NCBI GenBank assembly: GCA_017613815.1
Contig: JAGADB010000138.1
Span: forward strand, 1 to 25,207
Direction of reading: 5' to 3'
Length of the DNA stretch: 25,207 nucleotides
DNA from: Clostridia bacterium
GTDB lineage: Bacteria; Bacillota; Clostridia; Oscillospirales; CAG-382
Part shown: positions 7,091 through 15,058 of the stretch, in pieces
Numbering within the stretch: position 1 is the first letter of the stretch
Layout of the letters: each line of letters opens with the position of its first letter
Program-made: the position numbers and the translations under genes
Notes under the pieces: model-generated
The model's database searches: none
Told to the model about the DNA's origin: nothing
The model's input: the letters and a program-made list of their open reading frames with translations, nothing else

Positions 7091-8134
7091 TTATTTGCTC
7101 ACATCGCACGTCGCGTAAGCGTTGAGTGCATAATTATAAAAATTATCGGTATTATTCACATATTCATAATATGCCTGCGAAGCAATCATTGCCGCGTTGT
7201 CCCCGCAGAGAGACAGCGGCGGGAAATACGCTCTGACCTTATATTTTTTGCAAAGCTCCGACACGCTTTTTCTTATGTGGCTGTTTGCCGAAACACCGCC
7301 CGCAAGCGCAAGCTTTCCCGACCTGAAAAGGTCTTGCAAATTAAAAAGCATTTCAAGCCTCGAATTAATCGCCCTGCATATACTTGCCGTAAACGACGCG
7401 GCGACGTCTTCCTTGCATATTTCGGTTTTGTTCTGCTCGTTTGTGTGTAAATAATTTATCGCCGCCGTCTTTATTCCCGAAAAAGAGAAGTCGTACGGAA
7501 AATCCTTGACGTGCGCTTCGGGGAAAAAGACCGCTTTTTCGTTTCCGCTTTCCGCAAGCCTGTCCATCTTCGCACCGCCCGGATATTCGAGTCCCATAAG
7601 TCTTGCCACCTTGTCGAACGCCTCTCCCGCGGCGTCGTCTCTTGTCGCGCCGATACATTCAAATTCCGTATAGTCTTTAACGTTTATCAAAGACGTATGT
7701 CCGCCTGACATGACGAGCGCGGTAAACGGCGGCTCGAGTTTTTCGGGCGAATCTATTCCGTTATAATAAACGTAATTTGCGGCAATATGACCTCTTATAT
7801 GGTGAACCGGTATAAGGGGCAGGTTATGCGAATATGCAAGCCCCTTTGCAAAATTCACGCCGACGAGCAGCGCGCCTATAAGCCCCGGTCTGTTGGTTAC
7901 CGCAACGGCATCGATATCCTTCATCGACGTTCCCGCGTCGGAAAGCGCCTTTGAAACTATGCCGTTTATCGCCTCGGTATGCGCCCTCGACGCAATTTCG
8001 GGGACCACTCCGCCGTAAAGGGCGTGTATGTCGATCTGGGACGCCACGGCGTTTGAAAGTATTTCGCGCCCGTCTTTTACGACGGCTGACGCCGTCTCGT
8101 CGCACGAGGATTCTATCGCAAGTATGTTCATCAA
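7091..8134 (-). CDS. tsaD: tRNA N6-threonylcarbamoyladenosine (t6A) transferase subunit TsaD
   Basis: ILAIESSCDETA, HALYGGVVPEIASRAH, PGLIGAL, HHIRGH, MSGGHT, TRDDAAGEAFDKVAR, YPGG, FSFSGIKTA, AGGVSANS, CGDNAAMIA. Confidence 0.97.
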   Translation of the reverse strand: MMNILAIESSCDETASAVVKDGREILSNAVASQIDIHALYGGVVPEIASRAHTEAINGIVSKALSDAGTSMKDIDAVAVTNRPGLIGALLVGVNFAKGLAYSHNLPLIPVHHIRGHIAANYVYYNGIDSPEKLEPPFTALVMSGGHTSLINVKDYTEFECIGATRDDAAGEAFDKVARLMGLEYPGGAKMDRLAESGNEKAVFFPEAHVKDFPYDFSFSGIKTAAINYLHTNEQNKTEICKEDVAASFTASICRAINSRLEMLFNLQDLFRSGKLALAGGVSANSHIRKSVSELCKKYKVRAYFPPLSLCGDNAAMIASQAYYEYVNNTDNFYNYALNAYATCDVSK

Positions 8135-8601
8135 TTATTCCTTTCGGGTGTTTCGATTTCAAGATTCATAAGCACGGCGTCTTCTTTCGGGCTGCTGTAA
8201 AAGCCTTTTCTCTCCCCGACCGTTTTACAGCCGTGTTTTTCGTAAAGTTTTATTGCGGGTACGTTTGATTTTCTCACTTCGAGCGTGATGAGCGTGATTT
8301 TTTCGTTTTTCGCGGTCTTTTCGAGTTCATTTAGCAGCATATCCGCCGCACCTTTTCTTCTGTGCTCGGGCTTAACCGCTATATTTGCGATATAAATCTC
8401 GTCAAGAACCTTCGTGTAGCCGATATAGCCCGCAAAGCTTCCGTCTTTTTCGCATTTTGCAATCAAAAAGCGGTTGTTTCCGTATTTCAAGAACTCTTTT
8501 ACCGCGTTTTCGCTCCACGGCTCCGAAAAACAGAGTTTTTCGAGCTCCGCTATGTCTTTTTCGTATCCGAAAGCGCTTATGCTTACCGAATAATCTCCCA
8601 T
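8131..8601 (-). CDS. rimI: RimI-like GNAT N-acetyltransferase
   Basis: ELEKLCFSEPWS, IANIAVKPEHRRKGAA, LEVRKSNVPAIKLYEKHG, RKGFYSSPKEDAVLM. Overlaps tsaD by 4 nt. Confidence 0.9.
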   Translation of the reverse strand: MGDYSVSISAFGYEKDIAELEKLCFSEPWSENAVKEFLKYGNNRFLIAKCEKDGSFAGYIGYTKVLDEIYIANIAVKPEHRRKGAADMLLNELEKTAKNEKITLITLEVRKSNVPAIKLYEKHGCKTVGERKGFYSSPKEDAVLMNLEIETPERNN

Positions 8602-9035
8602 TACAGTTTTTTCTCCTCTATCGCCTTTACAATGAGGTCTGTTCCGCTTTTTATCTCTTCAAGGCAGTCTTTGTAGGCGTTTAAGTCCTTGCCGTAAGGG
8701 TCTGATATTTCCTTCGGGAAAACGTATATTTTTTCGGCGCATTCCGGGAAAGACGCGCACAAAGCGTTTGCTATCGCAGAATTCATCCCGAACGCAAAAT
8801 CGCACTCTTCGAGGTCTTTCTTTCCGAGCCTTTTTGAAAATCCGTCAAACTCGATTTCCTTTTCCTTAAGCGCAAGGCGCGCGTTTTGGGAATACTTTTC
8901 ACCCTCGTTTGCATACAGTCCCGCCGAAAGCGGAAGTATATCAAGGCCGCGCTTTTTCGCTTCATTTCCGAGCAGCGCCTGAGCCATAGGGCTCCTGCAG
9001 GTATTTCCCGAGCAAACGAACAAAATCTTCTTCAT
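8601..9035 (-). CDS. Low-molecular-weight protein phosphatase, YwlE-like (protein-arginine phosphatase)
   Basis: P-loop ILFVCSGNTCRSPMA (Thr in GNTCR as in YwlE), SAGL, and the D-loop ISDPYG. TAATG overlap with rimI. Confidence 0.85.
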   Translation of the reverse strand: MKKILFVCSGNTCRSPMAQALLGNEAKKRGLDILPLSAGLYANEGEKYSQNARLALKEKEIEFDGFSKRLGKKDLEECDFAFGMNSAIANALCASFPECAEKIYVFPKEISDPYGKDLNAYKDCLEEIKSGTDLIVKAIEEKKL

Positions 9036-9045
9036 ATCCGTCTTA

Positions 9046-9534
9046 TCAATATCCGAATTTTCCCTCGAGGCTGTCGTCGTTTTCTATCCGGTCTCTCGTA
9101 TTGTAAACCGTAAAGGTGTCGGGCGTTTCTCGTACGATTACCTGCTTTATTCCGGCGTTGAGAACGACTCTCTTGCACATCATGCAGCAGCATGCGCCTT
9201 TTACGAGCTCTCCCGTCTTTGCGTCGAGTCCCGCAAGGTACATCGTTCCGTCGAGCATCTGCTCGCGCGACGCGTTGATTACCGCGTTCATTTCGGCATG
9301 CACCGAACGGCAGAGTTCATATCTCTCGCCTCTCGGAATATTGAGGTCCTCGCGTGTGCATTTTCCTATGTCGCAGCAGTTCTTTCTTCCTCTGGGCGCT
9401 CCGACGTAGCCGGTGGAAAGTATGACGTCGTTCTTTACGATTATGGCGCCGTATTTTTTCCTTAGGCACGTGCTTCTTTCAGCAACCGTCTGCGCTATGT
9501 CGAGATAATAGTTTTCCTTGCTTATTCTTTCCAT
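9046..9534 (-). CDS. dCMP deaminase / ComEB-like cytidine-deoxycytidylate deaminase
   Basis: YYLDIAQTVAERSTCLR, LSTGYVGAP, Zn motifs HAEMNA and CCMMC. Likely start is ATG 9534 (MERISKENY) with SD AAGGA, not 9594. Confidence 0.9.
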   Translation of the reverse strand: MERISKENYYLDIAQTVAERSTCLRKKYGAIIVKNDVILSTGYVGAPRGRKNCCDIGKCTREDLNIPRGERYELCRSVHAEMNAVINASREQMLDGTMYLAGLDAKTGELVKGACCCMMCKRVVLNAGIKQVIVRETPDTFTVYNTRDRIENDDSLEGKFGY

Positions 9535-9675
9535 GTCGTTTTCTTCCTTCCGCGGTATTATTCGCACAAAAACCCATAATATGCGATTATACATATATTA
9601 TATATTATATCTTTTATTAAATCAAGTAATTTTTCAAAATTTGCCGTCTTTTTTGATTGAATTTGTAAAAACAAG

Positions 9676-9704
9676 TTGATAATATTGAAAAGGTATGATA
9701 TAAT
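9676..9704 (+). promoter_or_regulatory. sigmaA promoter with extended -10 for the aminotransferase-trpS operon
   Basis: TTGATA (9676-9681), 17 nt, TATAAT (9699-9704), preceded by TG at 9696-9697. Very AT-rich upstream. Confidence 0.75.
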
Positions 9705-9749
9705 ACTTATTTGGAGTAAGATATATTTTTTTGGAAAGGATAGCCGCGT

Positions 9750-10970
9750 GTGCTTTCAATACGCGGAAAAATTAAAATGACGTTCGATTTTTCCGATAAA
9801 GTCAAAAATCTTAAGCCCTCGGCGATAAGGGAGATTTTCAAGTCTCTCACCGACCCGTCGGTTATTTCGTTTGCGGCGGGCAACCCTTCCCCGCTGTCGT
9901 TTCCCGTCGAAAAGCTGAGGCTGCTTTCGGACGAAATTTTTGAGACAGAGCCGTCAAAAGCTCTGCAATACGGCATTACGGAAGGTTTTCTTCCTTTGAG
10001 AAACCAGGTTGCCGAGCGGCTCAAATCGAAGTTTTCGATAGGAAAAGACTTCGACGAGGTCATAATCACGAGCGGCGGCCAGCAGGGCATCGACCTTGCC
10101 TGCAAGGTGTTATGCAACGAGGGCGACACGGTAATATGCGAAAACCCGAGTTTTATCGGCGCGCTCAACGCCTTCCGCTCATACGGCGTGAATTTGAAAG
10201 GCATTGACGCGGGCCTTGACGGCATTAATCCCGAAGAGCTCGAAAAAATCTTGAAAGAAGACAAGCGCGTAAAGTTGATTTACCTCATTCCGACGTTTCA
10301 GAACCCGTCGGGTATCACGACTTCCCTCGAAAAGAGGAAAGCGATACTCGAAATCGCGAAAAAGTACGGCGTCGTAATTTTAGAGGACAACCCCTACGGA
10401 GAACTGCGGTTTGCGGGAAGCGACGTGCCGACGATAAAGAGCATGGACGACTGCGGAACCGTTTTATACTGCGGTTCTTTCTCGAAAATTCTCTCGTCGG
10501 GCATGAGAGTCGGCTTTGTCTGCGGACACAGCGAGCTTATCAAAAAGATAGTCGTCGTAAAGCAGACGAACGACGTGCACACCAACCAGTTTTTCCAGAT
10601 GCTATGCTCAAAATTCATTGACAGATACGGCCTTGACGAGCACATAAAGAGTATAAACGCGCTTTACGGAAGAAACTGCGCGCTCATGCTTTCCTCTCTT
10701 GACGAAAATATACCCTCTTCCGTTTCGTACACGCGCCCCGAGGGCGGTCTGTTTCTGTGGGTAACGTTACCCAAAAGCACGGATATGGACGATTTCATAA
10801 GAAGAACGGTTGACGCGAAAATAGCGGTCGTTCCCGGCTCGACGTTTATGCCGGACGCGTCGGTCAAATCCTCTTCCTTCCGCCTCAACTACTCAATGCC
10901 GACGGAAGAGGAAATCAAAAAAGGAATTTCAATTCTCGCGCGCGTTATCAAAGACGCGGGAATAAACTAA
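9750..10970 (+). CDS. PLP-dependent class I/II aminotransferase (LysN / 2-aminoadipate or aromatic-type)
   Basis: PSAIREI, ISFAAGNP, LQYGITEG, SGGQQGIDL, IYLIPTFQNPSG, LEDNPY, GSFSKILSSGMRVG (PLP lysine), PEGGLFLW, FRLNYS. Start is GTG 9750 (behind AAAGGA) or ATG 9777. Confidence 0.9.
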   Translation: MLSIRGKIKMTFDFSDKVKNLKPSAIREIFKSLTDPSVISFAAGNPSPLSFPVEKLRLLSDEIFETEPSKALQYGITEGFLPLRNQVAERLKSKFSIGKDFDEVIITSGGQQGIDLACKVLCNEGDTVICENPSFIGALNAFRSYGVNLKGIDAGLDGINPEELEKILKEDKRVKLIYLIPTFQNPSGITTSLEKRKAILEIAKKYGVVILEDNPYGELRFAGSDVPTIKSMDDCGTVLYCGSFSKILSSGMRVGFVCGHSELIKKIVVVKQTNDVHTNQFFQMLCSKFIDRYGLDEHIKSINALYGRNCALMLSSLDENIPSSVSYTRPEGGLFLWVTLPKSTDMDDFIRRTVDAKIAVVPGSTFMPDASVKSSSFRLNYSMPTEEEIKKGISILARVIKDAGIN

Positions 10971-10997
10971 AATATTTGTAAAGGAACGTTTCTTATC

Positions 10998-12020
10998 ATG
11001 GATGAAGTAAAAGATCTTGCGGCGCAGCCGCTCAAAAAACGCATTTTTTCGGGCATTCAGCCGAGCGGTATTATCACGCTCGGAAACTACATCGGCGCAA
11101 TTAAAAATTGGGTTGAATTGCAGCGCGATTACGACTGTCTTTACTGCGTTGTGGATTTACACGCAATCACCGTCCGCCAGGAGCCTGCCGAGCTGAGAAG
11201 AAGGACTTTCGAGGCGCTCGCGCTTTACGTTGCCTGCGGTATAGACCCCGAAAAAAGCACGATTTTCGTTCAGAGCCACGTTCCCGCTCACGCGGAGCTT
11301 GCGTGGGTGCTCGGCTGCTACACGGGATTCGGAGAACTGTCGAGAATGACTCAGTTCAAGGACAAGTCCCAGAAGCACAGCGACAACATAAATTCCGGGC
11401 TCTTCACCTACCCCGTTCTCATGGCGTCGGACATCCTTTTATATCAGGCGAACCTCGTTCCCGTGGGATTGGACCAGAAGCAGCACATTGAGCTCACAAG
11501 AGACGTCGCTATGCGGTTCAATTCGGTTTACGGCGACGTATTCACGATTCCGGAGCCTTACATAAAGGAGACGGGAATGAAGATAAACTCACTTACCGAC
11601 CCGACCAAAAAGATGAGCAAGTCCGACCCCAATCCGTCGTCTTACATTGCGGTTATCGAGAGCAGAGACGACACGGTAAGGAAAATAAAAAGAGCCGTTA
11701 CCGATTCCGACAGCGTAGTAAAGCACGCTCCCGGAAAGGACGGCATCAACAACCTTATGAGCATATATTCCAGCTTTACCGGCAAGTCGTTTGAAGAAAT
11801 AGAAAAAGAGTTTGCCGGCAAGGGCTACGGAGACTTCAAAGCCGCCGTGAGCGAAACCTGCGCCGACGGACTTGAAAACGTGAGAAGCGAATACGCCCGT
11901 CTTATAAAAGACAAGGCGTATATCGAGTCCATTATGAAGTCGGGCGCGGAAAAAGCTTATTATTTATCGAGAAAAACTCTGTCCAAGGTTTATAAGAAAG
12001 TCGGATTTTATCACGTTTGA
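10998..12020 (+). CDS. trpS: Tryptophanyl-tRNA synthetase
   Basis: FSGIQPSG, TLGNYIGA (HIGH equivalent), VDLHAIT, ELSRMTQFKDK, GLFTYPVLMASDILLY, DQKQHIELTRD, KKMSKS. Confidence 0.97.
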   Translation: MDEVKDLAAQPLKKRIFSGIQPSGIITLGNYIGAIKNWVELQRDYDCLYCVVDLHAITVRQEPAELRRRTFEALALYVACGIDPEKSTIFVQSHVPAHAELAWVLGCYTGFGELSRMTQFKDKSQKHSDNINSGLFTYPVLMASDILLYQANLVPVGLDQKQHIELTRDVAMRFNSVYGDVFTIPEPYIKETGMKINSLTDPTKKMSKSDPNPSSYIAVIESRDDTVRKIKRAVTDSDSVVKHAPGKDGINNLMSIYSSFTGKSFEEIEKEFAGKGYGDFKAAVSETCADGLENVRSEYARLIKDKAYIESIMKSGAEKAYYLSRKTLSKVYKKVGFYHV

Positions 12021-12058
12021 TATTCTGGCAAACGCTTGATAAAGAAAGGATTGTTCAA

Positions 12059-13180
12059 ATGTTTACAAGCATATACTCCATGTACAATGATTCTGCCTTA
12101 AATATTATTTTCGGTATAGTAATCGCCGTACTCTGCGCCTTTTTCATATCCATTGCGACAACTCCCGTAATCCGCACGCTCGCTTTCAAGTTCGGCGTTA
12201 CCGATATTCCGAAGGACAACCGCAGAATGCATTCGAAGGAAATGCCCCTTATGGGCGGAGTTGCGATATTTATCGCGTTTGCGTTTACTTCCCTTATTTT
12301 CTGCTCTCCGTCAAAGGCGTTTTTCGGAATGCTTATAGGAAACATTATTATCGTCGCGACGGGCATAGTTGACGACAAATTCGACATGAATCCTTTTCTT
12401 AAACTGCTTCTGCAGATTGCGGCGGCGCTCGTCGCGGTCATAAGCGGAAACGTCATAGAGCAGGTAAACCTTTTGGGACACACCCTTGTGTTCGGCGCGT
12501 TTGCTCCATTAATCACGGTTATATGGATTACCGCCATAACCAACGCCGTAAACCTCATCGACGGGCTTGACGGCCTGTCCTGCGGAGTTTCCACAATATC
12601 GGCAATAACCCTTCTTCTGACGCTGATACGCACCGACACGAACTTGAACGTAATATGTATGATTGCTATTCTCGTCGGCTCGTGCCTCGGTTTTCTGCCG
12701 TTCAACTTCAATCCCGCAAGAATCTTTATGGGAGACACCGGCGCGCTGTTTTTGGGATACACGCTGAGCGTGCTTTCGATTCAGGGATGCTTCAAGTTCA
12801 ACGGCATCGTGTCGTTCTGGGTACCGCTTCTCATTTTCGCGCTGCCCCTGGCAGACACGGGTTTTGCGATTTTCAGAAGGATTTTCAAAAAGCAGAGTCC
12901 GTTCCGCTCGGACAGAGAACATCTGCATCACCGCCTTATAGACAAGGGCTTCGACCAGAAGCACGCGGTTATGATTTTATATGCGGTAAGCTGTATGCTC
13001 GGTATTGCGGCGATAGTTTATTCTTTCGGCTGGAAAATCAAATCGCTCATCATCGCCGTATGTTCCATAATCATTCTCTACTTCAACCTCAACTTCTCGT
13101 TTGAGAGAAAAGACATCGCAAAGCAGCAGGACGAACAGATAGAAAAAGACACGCCCGACGGCAAACCCGACGGCAAATAA
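12059..13180 (+). CDS. Undecaprenyl-phosphate alpha-N-acetylglucosaminyl-1-phosphate transferase (TagO/WecA, MraY superfamily)
   Basis: DIPKDNRRMH..MPLMGG, GIVDDK, NAVNLIDGLDGL, NFNPARIFMGDTGA, DREHLHHRL, about 11 TM segments. ATG 12059 follows SD AAAGGA. Confidence 0.9.
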   Translation: MFTSIYSMYNDSALNIIFGIVIAVLCAFFISIATTPVIRTLAFKFGVTDIPKDNRRMHSKEMPLMGGVAIFIAFAFTSLIFCSPSKAFFGMLIGNIIIVATGIVDDKFDMNPFLKLLLQIAAALVAVISGNVIEQVNLLGHTLVFGAFAPLITVIWITAITNAVNLIDGLDGLSCGVSTISAITLLLTLIRTDTNLNVICMIAILVGSCLGFLPFNFNPARIFMGDTGALFLGYTLSVLSIQGCFKFNGIVSFWVPLLIFALPLADTGFAIFRRIFKKQSPFRSDREHLHHRLIDKGFDQKHAVMILYAVSCMLGIAAIVYSFGWKIKSLIIAVCSIIILYFNLNFSFERKDIAKQQDEQIEKDTPDGKPDGK

Positions 13181-13216
13181 TAATAAAACATTTTCAAAAG
13201 TAAGGAGGCGGTATTC

Positions 13217-14059
13217 TTGAAAGAAAGCAAGCTGAAAAAGTTTTTTTCCGCGTTTCTCGACACGCTCGTAATTGCCGCCATACTTATTTTTATTCTTTTC
13301 GGGCTCTGGAAAATGGGGCTCCTTGAGCCGCCGGAGTTTTTGAACGGCTTTCTCGGCATTTCGTCGGGAAACCCCACGGGCGTTTTATCGGAAGACGTGG
13401 GCAAAACCTTAAAGAGCGGCGATTCCTACGCCGGTACCGAGACGGACAAGGCGGAGCTTACCGTTGAAAACGCCAAAAAGATACTGACCTCGATTACCCC
13501 CGCCGAAAACTACGTTCAGGACGTTTTGTTTACCGTTTATTCCGACAGCTCCTCCGTTTCGCAGAGAGTCGTGCTGTTTAAGTCCCACAGCGGAAGGCGC
13601 GCCTACTTCATTTCCGGCAACACCGCGTCAAAGCAGGTCGTAGAGGCGTCTGACGGCTCCATTACCGTAAACACGCTTTCAAACGGACGCGTAAACACGG
13701 TAAATTACGCCGCGGGAAGCTTCGACATATCCGACGAGATAGGCGCCGTGCTCACCCACGAGGCGTTTATTGAGGTTGCCGACGAGGACAACTACACCTA
13801 TTCCCTCGTTTCGGGCGAAAACGGCTCGGAAATGATAATAAACTTCATTTCCCACATGGGTTCCTACGTTCAGCTTCAGGTTTACAGCATAAACCTCGAT
13901 TACGGCGCCGTTGTTTCGGCAGAGTGCTATGAAAACGACAAACTGATATATTCGCTTACGACCAACAGCATTTCCGACGACGCTTTCTCGGAAATTATCA
14001 TTCCGGAGCAGTTCAAACTGTATCTCAAAGAGGATTATCCGGACTACAACGTATACTGA
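13217..14059 (+). CDS. Membrane-anchored hypothetical protein with a beta-rich extracytoplasmic domain (possibly LolA-like fold)
   Basis: TTG start with SD AAGGAGG. Basic N-terminus, TM (FLDTLVIAAILIFILFGLW), linker, then an alternating beta-strand pattern ending YSINLDYGAVVSAECYENDKLIYSL. Confidence 0.7.
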   Translation: MKESKLKKFFSAFLDTLVIAAILIFILFGLWKMGLLEPPEFLNGFLGISSGNPTGVLSEDVGKTLKSGDSYAGTETDKAELTVENAKKILTSITPAENYVQDVLFTVYSDSSSVSQRVVLFKSHSGRRAYFISGNTASKQVVEASDGSITVNTLSNGRVNTVNYAAGSFDISDEIGAVLTHEAFIEVADEDNYTYSLVSGENGSEMIINFISHMGSYVQLQVYSINLDYGAVVSAECYENDKLIYSLTTNSISDDAFSEIIIPEQFKLYLKEDYPDYNVY

Positions 14060-14062
14060 TTT

Positions 14063-14383
14063 TCAGAAAAGCAGCAATAATGCCAGCAATACAGGAATAA
14101 GAGAGTCGTTTTCCTTTTCTCCGTCGACGAAGAAGAAAACAATGAGAAGCAGCAGAAGCAGATCTCCGTTGTCGCTCCCGAAAATTCATGTATTTTTGCG
14201 TTTTCCGCCGCAGTTTTCGAGTGCGGAGCCGTTTCTTTCGGCGCTTTCTTCGGGCAGATTTTCGTTTTCTTCACCGCTTACATTCGACGCGCATTTTTTT
14301 AAGAATTCTTCCTTTGCAAAAGCGTTCTCGAAAGCCCTTACGGTGCCGTCGGACGCGTTTGCGCTATAATTTCTCGAATACAT
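14063..14383 (-). pseudogene. Small acidic protein with a hydrophobic C-terminal double helix, interrupted by an in-frame TGA at codon 66 (nonsense allele or readthrough gene)
   Basis: ATG 14383 (SD GGAG) gives MYSRNYSANAS...ENCGGKRKNT, then TGA at 14188-14186, then in the same frame IFGSDNGDLLLLLLIVFFFVDGEKENDSLIPVLLALLLLF, then TGA at 14065-14063. Total 107 codons. Confidence 0.65.
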
Positions 14384-14399
14384 ATCAGCCACTCCAAAA

Positions 14400-14708
14400 T
14401 CAAATATAATCTCGGTAATTGCTTATGAGCCCCGCTATGCTTATCGCCTTTACGAGCCCTTCGACGCGCTCCTTTTTGCGCTCGTTTACGTACGGCTTTA
14501 TGGCGTTGAGAAGCGCTATTCTTTTATCGGCAAGGGCGGGAATTTTCATCGGCAAAGCTTCTTCTTTTTCGGCAATTCCGTCTTTATTTCCGTCGGGTGC
14601 GTTTTCGTTCTTTTTTCCCGACAGACCGCCCGCAATACTTGCGATAAGATTTAAGTTTTCGGGGTTATTCAGCAGTTCTCTTATTTTTTCGCTCGATACG
14701 TCGGACAT
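14400..14708 (-). CDS. Small conserved clostridial hypothetical protein, probably sporulation-associated
   Basis: SD-like GAGGGTGG. Helical N-terminus (KIRELLNNPENLNLIASIA), low-complexity linker, and C-terminal RIALLNAIKPYVNERKKERVEGLVKAISI. Confidence 0.75.
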   Translation of the reverse strand: MSDVSSEKIRELLNNPENLNLIASIAGGLSGKKNENAPDGNKDGIAEKEEALPMKIPALADKRIALLNAIKPYVNERKKERVEGLVKAISIAGLISNYRDYI

Positions 14709-14722
14709 TTTTCCACCCTCTC

Positions 14723-14971
14723 TTAAAGTCTTGTTTCGTTTATACGCCTTTTGATTTCTTCGGCGGTCTGCTCGCCTATATTTTCAATAATCGCGTTCAT
14801 CTGCTCAGTAGTCAGCGACTCGAGCATGGTTCGGAGTCTTTTTACGTCGGACAGCAGATTTGCCGTAACGTATTTATCGGCGCCCGCCGCCAAAGCGGCG
14901 TCCGACACGGTCTTTCGCAGCTCGTTATCCGAAAGTGAGAGCAATTTTTTGATTTCGCTTGAATCAATCAT
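14723..14971 (-). CDS. Small helical hypothetical protein, first gene of the three-gene operon
   Basis: SD AAGGGG 5' of ATG 14971. 82 aa, amphipathic helices. 14-nt gap to the next gene. Confidence 0.7.
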   Translation of the reverse strand: MIDSSEIKKLLSLSDNELRKTVSDAALAAGADKYVTANLLSDVKRLRTMLESLTTEQMNAIIENIGEQTAEEIKRRINETRL

Positions 14972-15004
14972 TGTTTCATCCCCTTTTACTGTATTTTTCT
15001 ATAC

Positions 15005-15012
15005 ATTGTATG
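15005..15012 (-). promoter_or_regulatory. sigmaE-like -10 element (CATACAAT) upstream of the three small genes
   Basis: Minus strand CATACAAT is an exact match to the mother-cell sigmaE -10 consensus cATAcanT, 33 nt upstream of the ATG. The -35 is weak (GTCAAA). Confidence 0.45.
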
Positions 15013-15058
15013 TTAAATCACACGTTTTTGACACTTTTTCAAACGAAGGTCGGAATTT

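Noticed and set aside
9535-9594. N-terminal extension of the dCMP deaminase to ATG 9594
   Set aside because: Family homology and the SD start at ATG 9534. The extension runs through the AT-rich promoter region.
9730-9770. T-box-like sequence (AAGGATAGCCGCG) upstream of the aminotransferase-trpS operon
   Set aside because: It lacks the UGGNACC core, and the leader is far too short for stem I plus a terminator/antiterminator.
14058-14072. CodY-box-like GATTTTCAGAAAAGC (12/15 match)
   Set aside because: It lies at a convergent 3'/3' junction rather than a promoter, and three mismatches in AT-rich DNA are expected by chance.
14186-14188. Genome-wide UGA reassignment (genetic code 4 or 25)
   Set aside because: spoVAC, rex, ogg and others end at UGA exactly where their families end, and Trp is encoded by TGG in conserved positions.
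14044-14274. 76-aa Cys-rich minus-strand ORF as the gene filling this gap
   Set aside because: It has no SD and is an alternate frame of the readthrough ORF, whose frame gives a far more protein-like product.
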